In this document: positions 14,320 through 27,610 of the stretch, in pieces | How positions within the stretch are numbered: position 1 is the stretch's first letter | How the letters are laid out: every line of letters starts with the position of its first letter | From: Octopus vulgaris | Lineage: Eukaryota | Assembly (NCBI GenBank): GCA_951406725.2 | Contig: OX597826.1 | Location: 56,978,001-57,042,000 of the forward strand | Reading direction: 5' to 3' | Length of the DNA: 64,000 nt | The notes under the pieces: model-generated | What the model was told of the DNA's origin: nothing | Databases searched by the model: none | Seen by the model: the letters and a program-made list of their open reading frames with translations, nothing else | Made by a program: the position numbers and the translations under genes

Positions 14320-14783
14320 ATCATTATCATCATCATTTTATGCCTACTTCCATGCTTCTGCAAATTTCATTCACTTTGAGCACAAGATATTTCATAATAT
14401 GTTAGTTCTCTAAACCAGCTCAGTCTTTTTTCTTACAAACTGTATTTAATTCTTGCTGTGTTCAAGGCCCATGTTTCACTAGCATGCATCACTGTTTTTC
14501 ATACACAACCTTTTACCGTTTAATCTGAAGAAAAAGCCTTTTGTTGATACTAGAAGTAATAGCTCCCTGAACTTTTTCCAGCCAGTTATTACTCTGGCTA
14601 CTATGCCTTCTCAACAACTACTCTTGCTGCTAATTAGGTCCCCTAGGTAATGAAGCTATCAACTACTTCTGGAGAGCTGTCTGGGTATTGAAAAGGGTCT
14701 ATTCCACACATGCTCTTAGTATTTATTGTCCCTATGCACCTGCCACATGCAAAACCTACCTTCTCTGTTAACCTGCTTGTGAT
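14320..14783 (-). mobile_element. RTE-clade LINE remnant (C-terminal ORF fragment plus (GAT)n tail)
   Basis: Minus strand, with frameshifts: ...VGFACGRCIG...EVVDSF/YLGDLISS...GIVARVITGWKKFRELL...VMHASETWAL...KRLSWF. These are RTE post-RT motifs (YLG, W.KF, ETW, RL.WF). A (CAT)n tail with TTCCATGC lies at 14320-14356. Confidence 0.8.
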
Positions 14784-15000
14784 CTCATTACATTTCTTGT
14801 GCATTTATAATTCACACACACAGATATAAATATATACATATAGAGAGAGATTGTATATATGCGAATGTATGTGAATGAATATGTGTCTATGTTTCTATAT
14901 ATACTCATATTTTTATGCGTCTTTATAAACAAAACAATACTTTTTTCTGTTATGACTTTTATGTTCTCAATTTCTACCATATTTTGGTTTGAAATAATTT

Positions 15001-15039
<39 letters not shown>

Positions 15040-15307
15040 TCTTATCAGTTATATGCACAAAATTTATGGAAGATATTATGATGATATAAATATGTACAAC
15101 TAAGCATACATTTTTTACAAGCTGAAACCGTTATAAAAATAGCTTTAATGCCCATTTTTCTCAAATACCATCACAATACCAACCAATGTTCTCAGTCAAA
15201 ATATATATATATACATTCATACATACATATGTATACATACATTTGTGTGTGTGTGTGTGTGCGTGTGTGTGTGTGTTTGTGTATGTATGTGTAGATGTAT
15301 GTATCTA

Positions 15308-15340
<33 letters not shown>

Positions 15341-15437
15341 TTTGCAACTATTTATACTTACTTAACTCTTTTGAATCCATATTTTTTTTACAAAATATAA
15401 CATTTTTTTTAAATTTTGAAAATAATTAAGGAATTAA

Positions 15438-15778
<341 letters not shown>

Positions 15779-15784
15779 CTGAAC

Positions 15785-15912
15785 AATTTCTGTTTACTAA
15801 ATTTCACTCACATAGCATTGGTCAGCTGAGGCTATAGCAGAAAACATGGATCTAAAGTGACATGCAGAGGCAGAAACCCAAAGTAAACTTCTTATCTATA
15901 CAACTATGTCTG
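15785..15912 (-). mobile_element. old family A 5' half
   Basis: TTTCTGTTTACTAAATTTCACTCACATAGCATTGGTCAGCTGAGGCTATAGCAGAAAACA is a diverged reverse complement of the family A head. Confidence 0.6.
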
Positions 15913-16385
15913 TATCCAACATGCCTGCATATAGCAGAAGGTTTTAATTTAACTATGGATAGTTTTATATTGTAGAATCAGTGTTGGGTTGCTATCAAAA
16001 GAACTTGCCGAGGTGTGTACTGTATTTTGCATGTTTACTAATAACAAATTCAAAGATGCAAGGGAGGAGAGATATAACCTTGATTTGAACCCTGAGATTG
16101 AAGAAGTGTCAAAAATAACAATAACAACAACACCAGCTTAAATTCTCAATCGTGACAAATCTTTCAATGCAAATTAATAAGATCGTGATTAAGAAGAAAA
16201 AATTATGAATAAACTGCAATTTTCACACTTCAAAGTAGCAGAGAAAAGGAACATTCTACTTTTAAAAATGTCCAACCCTCTTGACTTATTATGTAAATGA
16301 ATAATGGAAATCAAAGTTGTTGAACCCTAGATCAACAAATAGAAGAAGGAGAGCCAGTCTGTCCTTTTTATTATTTGAAGTATAA

Positions 16386-16626
16386 GGCAGCTCTAAGGCA
16401 GTGAGCTGGCAGAAACGTTAGTGCGCCGGGCGAAATGCTTAGCAATATTTCATCTGTTGTTATGTTCTGAGTTCAAATTCCGCCGAGGTCGACTTTGCCT
16501 TTCATCCTCTCGGGGTTGATAAATAAAGTACCAGTTTTGCACTGGGTCGATGTAATCGACTTAATCCCTTTGTCTGTCCCTGTTTGTCCCCTCTATGTTT
16601 AGCCCCTTGTGGGTAGTAAAGAAATA
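16386..16626 (+). mobile_element. tRNA-derived SINE, family C, young full-length copy with 17-bp TSD
   Basis: A-box-like TGGCAGAAACGTT and B-box-like GAGTTCAAATTCC; ends GTAAAGAAATA. Exact direct repeat TATTATTTGAAGTATAA at 16369-16385 and 16627-16643. Confidence 0.92.
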
Positions 16627-17841
16627 TATTATTTGAAGTATAACAAATTGAGAAATATAGAATTATAATATTCAATTTGTCCTTCCTACTGAAAAGCTAT
16701 TAAAGTAGTTTTTCTCTTTGGGCTCAAGAAAATAGCAGTATTAGCAATAACTAAGGGGTGAAATAAAAGGACCACATTGTAGTATATTGCAGAAACTGAC
16801 CAGAAACATGTCTGCTATTATCAAGTTGTTCACTGTCATACTTTCTTGTAAACTATATTGACCTTCTACCACCACTACGACCATTGTAATCATTGTTGTT
16901 GCTGTTTCCGCCACAACTCAGTTCAACCACAATTATTAATTTTGCTTCTCTAACCTTTCATATTGTCCATTTACACCAAAATGACAACACAGCTCATTCC
17001 CTGAATCATTTCAAACTGACCATTGTGTTAGGCCACTACTCATAAAGTGTGACTATCTGAGAAAGCTAAATCATGAGGAAACATAACACCAAAGCAGACA
17101 ATTTTCATTTTAGTTAAACATATTCATTCTAGTCTAATATATAATGATGAAGACGAAATGAAATACTTTGTTTTTTATGTGTATTAAAAATTCCTTTCTG
17201 GTTAGCCTTGTCAATAGCTTTTCTGGATGCAGGAGGAACAAGATATAAAAGGGACATAATATTTACTGAACATAACAATATGGTGTAAAGCTTTAGAAGA
17301 TATATGACTCCTATCCTGTCTCACAAGCTTTGTTAACACTATTAGATAAAAGTGGAATGGTGGTGGGGCGGGGTTTGAACCATGATGAGGTAATTTAAAC
17401 AACAACAACAAAAGGCCAGAAACAGACAAACTTGTTAATAAAGTCCCGAGAGGATTTTCAGAGAAAGATTAGTTTAGATTTGCTAAACTAAACAATGAGG
17501 AAACATGATGTGATTGGACAGAAATAGCATTGGTAAATTAGCTAGTTGGAAAACAGTGCTCTGAGAAAACTAAAAGGAAGTGGGAAGGAAGAGAGAGAGA
17601 GAGAGAGAGAAGAAAAAAAAAAACTGCAAGAAAGCAGAAAGAAGGACAAAGAGAGAAATCGCATGCATTAAAATATTAAGGTATAAGGACAATGTATTCC
17701 CAAAGCAGGGATCACCAAGATGAGATTTCATACTGTAGGTAATTGACTCAATTTATCTGTGCATCAGGAATGCCATAATGGGTTTAGTTGTCATCACACA
17801 CCCTCATCTAGCAGCAGAAGTTCTGGTGCATATATATATGC

Positions 17842-17844
<3 letters not shown>

Positions 17845-17928
<84 letters not shown>

Positions 17929-18060
17929 GTATATATATATATACATATGTATATACATATATATATATATATATACATATATACACACATATATATATAT
18001 ATATATATGTATATTTATGCATGTGTGTTTGTGTGTGTGTATACATACTCACATATATAC
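17845..18060. repeat. (TA)n-rich compound microsatellite
   Basis: Read directly. Confidence 0.95.
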
Positions 18061-18816
18061 TCCCACAAGCTCCCTCTATGTATAAGGAGTGTGGTGTAGT
18101 AGGAGGGGTAAGGCTACAGTAGAGACATAAGAGGATGTTGTAGGCAATTAAAAGATTTCATTGTGATGAAATATAGTTTTTTATCTCGGAAGAAGTTTGA
18201 ACTTTAGATTTCATCAGTTAACGTAAGAAATATTTGTATACATGTGTATATGTGTGTATGAGAGAGAGAGAGAGAGCGAAAAAGAGTGTGTCTGTGTGGC
18301 AGTTGGAAACTTCTATATTATACATTAAAATAAAACTGTGATAGTTAACGTAGACAAAAGGATTAGTGAAGTGGGGATAATTATAAATCAAATTTTATCC
18401 CACCCTGACACAACATTTCCAAATGACTGAAGAATGACAAATTTGCAAATGACTGTTTCTATTGCTGACCATTCTGAGTCTCTTTTAGTGTAAATACTCT
18501 GTCTTCTATGTTAACCAGCAAACTAATCAACCAAGCAATGTGTGAAATATACTAACAATAAACTCCAAAATCAACTGTCAATGTGTGAGCTGAACTTAAC
18601 CCTTTCATTTCCAATCATGCTTTCTAAAGATTACACGGCCTGCTCTCTCTTTCTCTCTCTCCTCTCTCTTCTCTCTCACTTTCTCTCTCCATTCTAGCTC
18701 TGTAGTAACTATATAAACTAAAAATTTCCAATAGAAACTAAAAACATTTTTTTTGTTGTAAGAAAAATGTAAACAATTTCAATTGCTTTTATGTGTTTCT
18801 TTCATTCTACAAAATA

Positions 18817-19023
18817 CTGTATTTTCTAGCACACAGGACATCATAGTATATAGCGTAAGCATGTAGTGTTAACATTCAAACCTCATCACTATTTTTCCAA
18901 ACTCTGCTGCATTTCACATGAAATCTTTGGTCTTTCAATGTCGTCTTTGTATATAAGTTGACCTACTATTTTTGGCTGTAAATTTTGGCCAGAAAAATTC
19001 AACTTGCATGCTGGAAAATATGG
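18817..19023. mobile_element. TcMar-type MITE with CCGTA-like termini
   Basis: Left TA|CTGTATTTTCTAGCA; right TGCTGGAAAATATGG (reverse complement CCATATTTTCCAGCA). Both fit CCGTATTTTCCAGCA after CpG decay. Subterminal TATAAGTTGACC. The right TA is mutated. Confidence 0.55.
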
Positions 19024-19231
19024 CATTAAAAGACTTAAAAAGAGGCGATCAGAGGGGTCAATAGAATGCCATAAGGACACAGGGCTAAGCCTGATTGACC
19101 TACACTGGGTTACCTGAATGAAGGTGTATGTTGTAAGACCCAAAACATTCAGTAGCTCCAGTATACATCACTAACAATATGTATAGTGTCTGCACATGTA
19201 GTTTATGGAGAACAGAACAAATACATCCTGT

Positions 19232-19545
19232 CCACACTGTGAAGTGGTTGGCATTTGGAAGGGCATCCAGCTGTAAAAATCATGCCAAAACTGATCTCAC
19301 CACATAAAGATCACTCAGTCAACTTTACAGGGTGGTTGGTGCTAGGAAGGGCAGCCAGCTGTAAAATCCATACCAAAACAGCCACAGTAACCTTGTGTAG
19401 TCTTCTACCAAGCCAGCTCCTGTCAAAACTGTCCAACCCATGCCAGCTTGGAAGGCAGATGTTAAATGATGATGATGGTGATGATGGTGATGATGATGAT
19501 GATGATGATGATGATGGCAGTGGTGATGATGATGATGATGATGAT
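19232..19545 (+). mobile_element. old family B-like RTE 3' end with duplicated GGAAGGGCATCCAGCTGTA block
   Basis: Motif occurs twice (about 19257 and 19345), followed by GTCCAACCCATGCCAGC ... GATGTTAAAT and a long (GAT)n tail. Confidence 0.75.
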
Positions 19546-20115
19546 AAATTATGATACATACAAGTTTGTATCATTTGTTCCTACATATGTTTCACCATTG
19601 TGGCTGTTTGGAATTCTGTACCAGATGCTCCAAGTGCTATTAGATGTTTAACTACAACAAATTTGTGTCAGGAACTCTTTATTGCATTTATTGCATTATG
19701 TTATAGAGAAGTAATCAATGCCCAGAGACAGATAGATGGCAAGACATTTATAGATATTTTGATATATATATAGAATTCACTACCTTCAAGATATGCAAAG
19801 TTGAAATGGTTTAAATAAATCCCAAATAAAATAAGATATTAAATTTTTATAGATTTTTAATACTGAATTATAGGTTTTATATAACATACTAACTTATGCA
19901 AATGGTCATTTATTTGTTTACATTTTTTGCCTTAATTTTCTTTCTTAATTTACTATTATGCATTACTACTGGTGCTTAATGATAAAAGATTATTCACTGG
20001 ACTAAATTTAAACATAATGTCCACTTTGCTTGAACAATTTTCACACTAATTATATTCTATACACACATATCCTCTCTCTCTCACACACTCACTGTGTGTG
20101 TGTGTATACATACAC

Positions 20116-20149
<34 letters not shown>

Positions 20150-20227
20150 GTACACATATATATACATATATATACACACATATATACACACACACACACA
20201 TATATATATATATACACACATACACAC

Positions 20228-20267
<40 letters not shown>

Positions 20268-20650
20268 TAGCATTTGAAAACACCTGAAATTGTTGAAAAT
20301 ATAATCCTATAGCTGTTAGGTGTTTTACTGGAATGATGTAATCTAATTGAAAACTAATACAAATAATTGCTCAACAAAAACAAACATAAAAATGATCGAC
20401 TAAATTTTCTCAATGAACACTTCTTTGGGGAAAAAACAGATTTCTCCTTCCGTAAAAGACAGAAGAGGAAATCAATAAAAAAAAGATAATACATCGAGTA
20501 TCTATATTTTTTTAATATTTTCTTTACCGAAAATATGCATTAGAATTTCCAATTTCACATAAAGCTACTAGTCTGATGAAAATGTATGTCACTCTTAAAT
20601 ATAGGAAACTCTCGTCTTTTAGTTAGTTGTTGTTGTTTTGTTGTTGTTGA

Positions 20651-20667
<17 letters not shown>

Positions 20668-20691
<24 letters not shown>

Positions 20692-20884
20692 GGAGAAAGA
20701 GGAAAGAGAAGTGAGAGAGGAGAGAGAGACAGACAGACAGGAGACAGATATATAGAAAGACAGACAGATAGACAAAAGAGAGAGAGAGAGAGAGAGACAG
20801 GAGAAAGAGGAAAGAGAAGTGAGAGAGGAGAGAGAGACAGACAGACAGGAGACAGATATATAGAAAGACAGACAGATAGACAAA

Positions 20885-20915
<31 letters not shown>

Positions 20916-21112
20916 AGAAAGAGGAAAGAGAAGTGAGAGAGGAGAGAGAGACAGACAGACAGGAGACAGATATATAGAAAGACAGACAGATAGACAAAAG
21001 AGAGAGAGAGAGACAGGAGAAAGAGGAAAGAGAAGTGAGAGAGGAGAGAGAGACAGACAGACAGGAGACAGATATATAGAAAGACAGACAGATAGACAAA
21101 AGAGAGAGAGAA
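20668..21112. repeat. 4-copy polypurine composite minisatellite (fixed ~88-bp unit plus variable (GA)n)
   Basis: ACAGGAGAAAGAGG starts at 20689, 20797, 20911 and 21013 (periods 108, 114, 102); the non-GA parts appear identical. Confidence 0.92.
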
Positions 21113-22370
21113 AAAGAAAACAAAACAGAAACTGTGAGCATGAGAGAGAGAGCGAGAAAGAGAGAGAGAGTGGGGGGGGGGGGGAACTGACAAGGTAGTT
21201 ATAACTTGTAAAATAAATATCTGATTTGATAAGGCACCTGCATTTCTTTTATGATACACCTTTACTTGAAATGCTAACCCTGAAGGCATCAATCTATTCA
21301 GAGAGTTTCGAATGTACAGGTCTCTTTAATTGGCTGTATTCTACTTAATTTGTGACCTATTGTGGTTAAATGTGCAGATCAAAAGCAAAGAGTTTACGAA
21401 AAATACTCTTGCAGTTTCCAACTATCACTTTATTATTTTCGTTTTTCAAACCACTAAATAGAAAAATAGGAGGAAAACAATCATGCAAAAATAAACAGAT
21501 ATAAAAGGAAGGATCAGTTTTCTGAGCAATAGCTGTCATTGCGTACTTGGTGATATTTGGTGATAGGCATGGGAATTTGGTGGAACCAAGAGCAAACTAA
21601 TTTCAGATCAAGGCAGAAAAATAATCAAAAATAAACAGTAAAAAATATATATATATACCCCCCAAAAATAAACCTCATCACCATGAAAGATACAAAAAGA
21701 AAAACAAATTAGCCATACACAATACAACAAAGCAGTGATGGCAATGAAAAATAATACAACTACAGAAGTAAACAACAATAAAGAAGAAAAAAAATGTCAT
21801 CAGATTTTCTGTAGAATCCCCCACCAAACCCCCAAAATCTGAAATGATGTAGCTAGTGGCAGGAGATTGAAAATGTAACTGTCCCATCATTGGTGCAGAT
21901 TTCACATAAGGTTTTTGGTAAAACGCAGCTCAGTCAGTGCTGACACAAGAGGTGTCAAACTTCTCTACTGGGACTTCAGCAGTGAGAATTAAACCCTCGC
22001 TGACCTCTTCAGTTTTGAAAAATATATAAATGAGATAATAGATAAATAAATAATAATAATAATAATAAAAAATATAGTGATTTGGCAACGAAAGGTCATG
22101 TGCATATATGTTTGTGGATACACAGATATTGATATGGGTGTGTTAACAGAGATGTATATAGCAGACAAAAGGAATGTTTGTGCGTGCGAGCATGTGTGTA
22201 TATGTGTGCGTCTGTGTATGTACATGTTATAAACACACACACATAGAGAGAGAGGTAAAGAGAGAAAGAAATTATATATATGCATATATATATAAAGCTA
22301 CTTACATATCCAAATGTATGTGTGCATGAGTATATCTATCTATCTGTCTGTCTGTCTATCTATTTATATA

Positions 22371-23248
22371 TGAGGTCTGATCAATAAGTATCCGGACTGT
22401 TGCCATAGTAACGAAGCTAAAGTATGCAGAGTCCGCTTGGCAAAGATTGACCTTGAACTCTGTTGTACATGTGCACTAAGTTTTAACATTCTAGCTCGCT
22501 TCTGCTGTTTGCAGCAGTGCTTGAAAGGAAGGTGTGTAGCATGTGATTGTCACAGTGATCATGACAGAGAAAGGTGTCATGGCAATACCTGCTCAAAGGC
22601 CTATGCAAAGTTGCAGAAAGTGTATAGAGTGGGGTGTATGAGCCGCACACAAGTGTACGAGTGGTTCAGACGTTTCCATGATGGCCAAAAAAATGTTGAT
22701 ATTGTTTAATATTTTGGGAGGCCCGCAACCAGCAGAACTGAGAAAAACATCACAGATATACATGCAGCTGTGAGAGGAAATTATCCGTGAGTTATCAGGG
22801 GACTTATAGATTAGTTACGGTTTAGTTCAGCTGATTATCACTGAAGATTTGGGTATGAGATTCGTGTCTGCCAAGTTTGTGCCAAAACTGCTTTCAGCTG
22901 ACCAAAAAGACACTCGGGTTTCAGTTGCACAAGATCTCCTTGATTGTGTTGAGAATGATGAAAACTTTTAAAAGATTTGCACAGGCCCCTGAGCAGGTAT
23001 CACCAAGCTTTTGGCAAAATTTGATGCAGATTCTCTGATCAACTTTCTCTGTCATGGCCAATACGATGATCACACATTACATTGCACACCTTCCTTCCAA
23101 ACACTGTTGCAAACAGCAGGAGTTAGAACATTAAAACTTAGTGCACATGCATACCAGAGATCATGGTCAATCTGTGCCAAACAGCTTTACTCTGCATGCT
23201 TTAGCTTCATTATTATGGCAACAGTCTAGATACTTATTGATAAGACCA
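22371..23248 (+). mobile_element. non-autonomous mariner derivative with two 5' ends in inverted orientation
   Basis: TA|TGAGGTCTGATCAATAAGTATCCGGACTGTTGCCATA at left and TATGGCAACAGTCTAGATACTTATTGATAAGACCA|TA at right. Plus-strand relic ...CMSRTQVYEWFRRFHDG...GRPATSRT.../IRELS...IITEDLGMRFVSAKFVPKLLSADQK... covers the mariner HTH region and WVPHEL-equivalent linker. No DDD domain. Confidence 0.9.
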
Positions 23249-23250
23249 TA

Positions 23251-23282
<32 letters not shown>

Positions 23283-23430
23283 CACTTAGAGGTTCAGTAA
23301 AAGAGATCAATAGAATAAGTACCAGACTTTAAAAAATAAGTCCTGGGTTTGATTCATTTGACTAAGAAATACTTCAAGGTGTTGCCCCAGCATGGCCACA
23401 GTCTGATGACTGAAACAAGTAAAAGGTAAA
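23283..23430 (+). mobile_element. family A 3' fragment (older)
   Basis: CTTAGAGGTTCAGTAAAAGAGATCAATAGAATAAGTACC ... CCAGCATGGCCACAGTCTGATGACTGAAACAAGTAAAAG. Confidence 0.8.
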
Positions 23431-24325
23431 ATATACATAGAAGACACCTAAGGTACTAGACAGTGTGAACAAATGCAGAAAATTCTTGATGAAAAGGCCA
23501 ATTTTTCAATCAGTCTGCTACATGCTTGTATAATTTAGACACACATACACGCCTCTATGTATCATATAAGAAGTTTCCCATATTGGTAAGAATGGAATTG
23601 TTTTGAAAAACTCATGAGTTTCCACACTTTTCAAACAACTGCTTTCTTTTTAAATTTTGGAAGTGTTTCTGACCACTGACCTTCAAGCAAGGGAAAACCA
23701 AAACCTAATTAGTAATTGTTAATGATTGATAATAGTTATTTCCAAGCAGACAAATTACTTTGTTTCACATACACACACACACACAGACCCCCACCCCCAA
23801 TTCTTTCCCTGGACTTAAATTTAACTGTTTTGTGGGTGATGATAATGATAATGTCTTTAATTTTAAAGAATTAACAAATGGAAAATAAGTAAAGTGGGCC
23901 TATGGCATTTATTTAGAAAATTCAGGTGAAAAGAAGATAGCTGCGTGATATAAGCAAAAAGAAAAAAAAGAAAATCTCAATTAATTGAAATTGTCCTCTT
24001 AATTGAAGAAAGGAAATTATAAATTTAATTATAATTATTACCAAGCATTAACAATTACTAACTAGATTTTGGTTTTTCCCTTCGCAATTAGTTGAGAATT
24101 TTTTGCTTATATCATTCTTTTATGTAATGACAATGTCTGAATTAATCGCTTTCTTGTAATCGGTGGGATTATCAACTGGTGCCAACTAATGGTTTCTAAT
24201 TTAGAAAGAAGGTTAGCAGTTTTGAAGAGTAGTGGTTGTCAGTTAGATTGACTCCAATATTTGTATTTCTTTTTTATTGACTCACAACAGCGATGATTTG
24301 AACACAGTGTACAGAGCTTGAACCA

Positions 24326-24559
24326 ATACCTATTTCTTTACTACCCACAAGGGGCTTAACACAGAGAGGACAAACAAGGACAGACACACGGATTAAGTCA
24401 ATTACATTGACCTCAGTGCATAACTGGTACTTAATTTATCGACCCCGAAAGGATGAAAGGTAATGTCGACCTTGGCGGAATTTGAACTCAGAATGTAGCG
24501 GCAGATGAAATACGGCTACACATTTCGCCCAGCGTGCTAACGTTTCTGCCAGCTCGCCA
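24326..24559 (-). mobile_element. family C SINE, young, nested in an older C-like copy
   Basis: Near-exact reverse complement of 16397-16626; flanks at 24190-24325 and 24560-24610 are a diverged C-like element. Confidence 0.9.
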
Positions 24560-25071
24560 CAAAGCAATTATTCTAATGTTCTAATGAGTCTACCAATCTA
24601 CTCATAACTTGTGCCAAATAATGGCAATACATGTTAGCTTTTGTAAAAACCTTCTGAAGTTTTCTTTTAATTAGAGCCTGAATTTGTAACTAGATTTGTA
24701 GGGTTGCCAAAGACCATAGAGAATGAGAGGAATTATAAGTAGACCAATATCACATAACATTTCTAGCCCAACAAAAAGCGTAAATGAATATTAAACCCCA
24801 ACCCTGGAGATTGGGGTAATGCTTAATGAAGTCTGGTGTTACTGAGTTAAGTGGATGGGAAATGATTTGTTTCTATCTCACCGGCCTTGAATCTGTCATA
24901 GGTAACACTCACAGATAAGTTGGCACCTACACTGCAACAGACAACTCAGCAGAGGCATGTTGAACTAAAGGTACATGCACAGATATATAACAAAACGTTA
25001 CATGCAGTTGATTTGAACCCACGATCTATGAGTTATTAGACTAACAACATTACATACTGAAAAAAGAACAA

Positions 25072-25312
25072 AATTCTTTCCTGAGTCACAGGCTTATAAG
25101 GCTGGTTTCCCAGATTCTGTGGTGTATATACTTTCCCACTGGACAGAACACTTGTCCATCGCATGATTACTCATTTTTGACAGCTAAGTGGATTAGATCA
25201 ACATGAAATGATGTTTTGCTCATAAACACAATGAACGGCTTGGTTCAGAAATTGAAACCACAATCTTACAATGATGAGTGCAATACTTCTAATCATGAAG
25301 ACAGGCACCTCC
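25072..25312 (-). mobile_element. tRNA-headed CORE-like SINE, family G (diverged)
   Basis: Minus strand GGAGGTGCC ... TGTAAGATTGTGGTTTCAATTTC ... GAGCAAAACATCATTTCATGTTG ... CACTTAGCTG ... AATGAGTA, matching 57902-58115. Confidence 0.7.
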
Positions 25313-25381
25313 GCAACAAGCAATATCTGTCTGTCTGTCTATCTATCTTTTCAAAAAATTTTAATAATCTATATCAAATAT

Positions 25382-25421
<40 letters not shown>

Positions 25422-26130
25422 ACCTATTTATATATAATAACTATATGTATATACATACACACATATATTTATGTATACATATATGTATATACACATACAC
25501 ACATAAACACACACACACACACACATACAACCACATGTATATATATATATATAGAGAGAGAGAGACACATACAACCAGAGGCCATTAGGCATTATGGAAA
25601 GACTGAAGCAAAAGGTTTTTATTGCCTGGCTGGCTGCAGGCAATACAAGTAATATAGGAGGAGAAGGAAGAGAAAATTAGGACTCCCGGAACAATCCATT
25701 CTGTAGCACTATATTGAATATCATAAAATATATTTTAAACAAAAGAGAAAAACAAAAACTGTAAGAAGACCGAAAAATATAATATATATCTTTAAAAATA
25801 TAAAAAAAAAATGAAAACGTGAAATAAAAAGGTTCTGTCTTTATCAGTTTTGCTTGCGGTGTCTTTCTATTTCCCTCGTGATTTCTGTTTGCACTTACTG
25901 CATTTCAAATCTATTTCCCTTGCATTGATGCACATCTGATCACTATTTGATACGACCTGTTGGAAATGATGGGAAGACTCATTTATTTGTCATTGGTTTA
26001 CTGAAAACTATTTGTTTCATAGATATGGGGTTTTTTAATGATATTTTTTTTCTCTCTAAGAGAGATGAGGGAAGCTTTTGTATTATACACCTGAACTGAT
26101 TTTATGGTTAATACACACACACACACACAT

Positions 26131-26163
<33 letters not shown>

Positions 26164-26489
26164 CACATAGGTATGCTTGGGCTTGGTTATAAAGTATTTG
26201 TGGTCAGACTTCTCTGAGGAAAGGTCTATGCGCTAAATTTTCCTCTTCACAAATTGCTGATCCAAAACGAAAGTATAAATTCAGATAATAGCATTTTATA
26301 GATGGGACAGATAGGAACAAAGGAAGAAAGGCAGAAGAGACAGACACAAAGGTAGACAGAATAGATATATAAATCTATAATAATTTAGATAGCTGGACAC
26401 AGAAATGTGTATGTGTGTGAGAGTAACCATGTAAATCCTCTAAAACAAGAAACTGTTCACCCCTTCTTCTCTTCCTTCTGCACTGGCTT

Positions 26490-26713
26490 TTGTAGTCTTT
26501 TGAGCTGCATGGTAACCTCACTAGCGCCGGTGGCATGAAAAAAAAGTGCCCAGTATAAAATGGTTGGTATTAGCAAGGGCACCCAGCTGTAGAAACCATG
26601 CCAAAGCAGATACTGGAACACAAAGTGGTCCATGGTCCCATCAGATCTTGTCAAACGATCTAACCTAAGCCATCTTGCAAAAATAGATTTTAAACGATGA
26701 TGGATGATAATGA
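26490..26713 (+). mobile_element. old family B-like RTE 3' end
   Basis: GCCGGTGGCATGAAAAAAAAGTGCCC ... AAGGGCACCCAGCTGTAGAAAC ... TTTAAACGATGA. Confidence 0.7.
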
Positions 26714-27176
26714 ATATATTTATGCACAACACAGACAAGCAGAAAAATACATATATGCATACATATATGATACCATTATGCAGATGCACAGGTGCATGTC
26801 TGTAGTTATAGATGCCCCTCTATGCATATATATGCATTGATTATGTATATGTGCATATGCAAGCATGTGCATAAAACAGTTCAGTATTCATCCACCTAGC
26901 TATTCATAACTTTATCTATCTGTCTATCTATCTATCTATATATATAACTATAAATGTGCTTTTATATCCAAATTTATATTTTCATTTTTGGACTGATCTT
27001 AACACCTGACAATTTGTGAAGTTGAAACTTTGGCAGAGGCATCCTTCTAAGAGATATATGACAGTGAAATACTTAAAACCAAGATCAGGCATACATAAAG
27101 TATGAAATGAGCTCAGGTGTGTAATACAAAGTCTTCTTCATATCTTAACCTCTCCATCAAAAAAACATATCCATGA

Positions 27177-27178
<2 letters not shown>

Positions 27179-27216
<38 letters not shown>

Positions 27217-27271
27217 TATAGATATACACACACACACATGTATATTTATATATATCCATGAATCAAATATA

Positions 27272-27319
<48 letters not shown>

Positions 27320-27322
27320 CAC

Positions 27323-27357
<35 letters not shown>

Positions 27358-27539
27358 AATGGCTTATAAACACCTTCCATGCTGCAAGTGCATGTGTGTA
27401 AGCATATATATAATTATATATATGTGTATACCTATATATACACACTCACACATATATACATATACACAATGATATATACAAATATATGCTTGCATAGCAA
27501 AATGCAAAATTAGTTGATAGACTAAGTCGGATGGCGAGT

Positions 27540-27608
<69 letters not shown>
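27179..27608. repeat. (TA)n tracts and a (GA)n tract (27544-27608)
   Basis: Read directly. Confidence 0.9.

Positions 27609-27610
<2 letters not shown>

Noticed and set aside
17358-17390. tRNA-like 3' end on the minus strand (GGTTCAAACCCCGCCCCACCA)
   Set aside because: The T-stem does not pair and there is no upstream D or anticodon arm.
20555-21292. 245-aa and 186-aa repeat ORFs
   Set aside because: Products of the purine minisatellite; kept only as a repeat observation.
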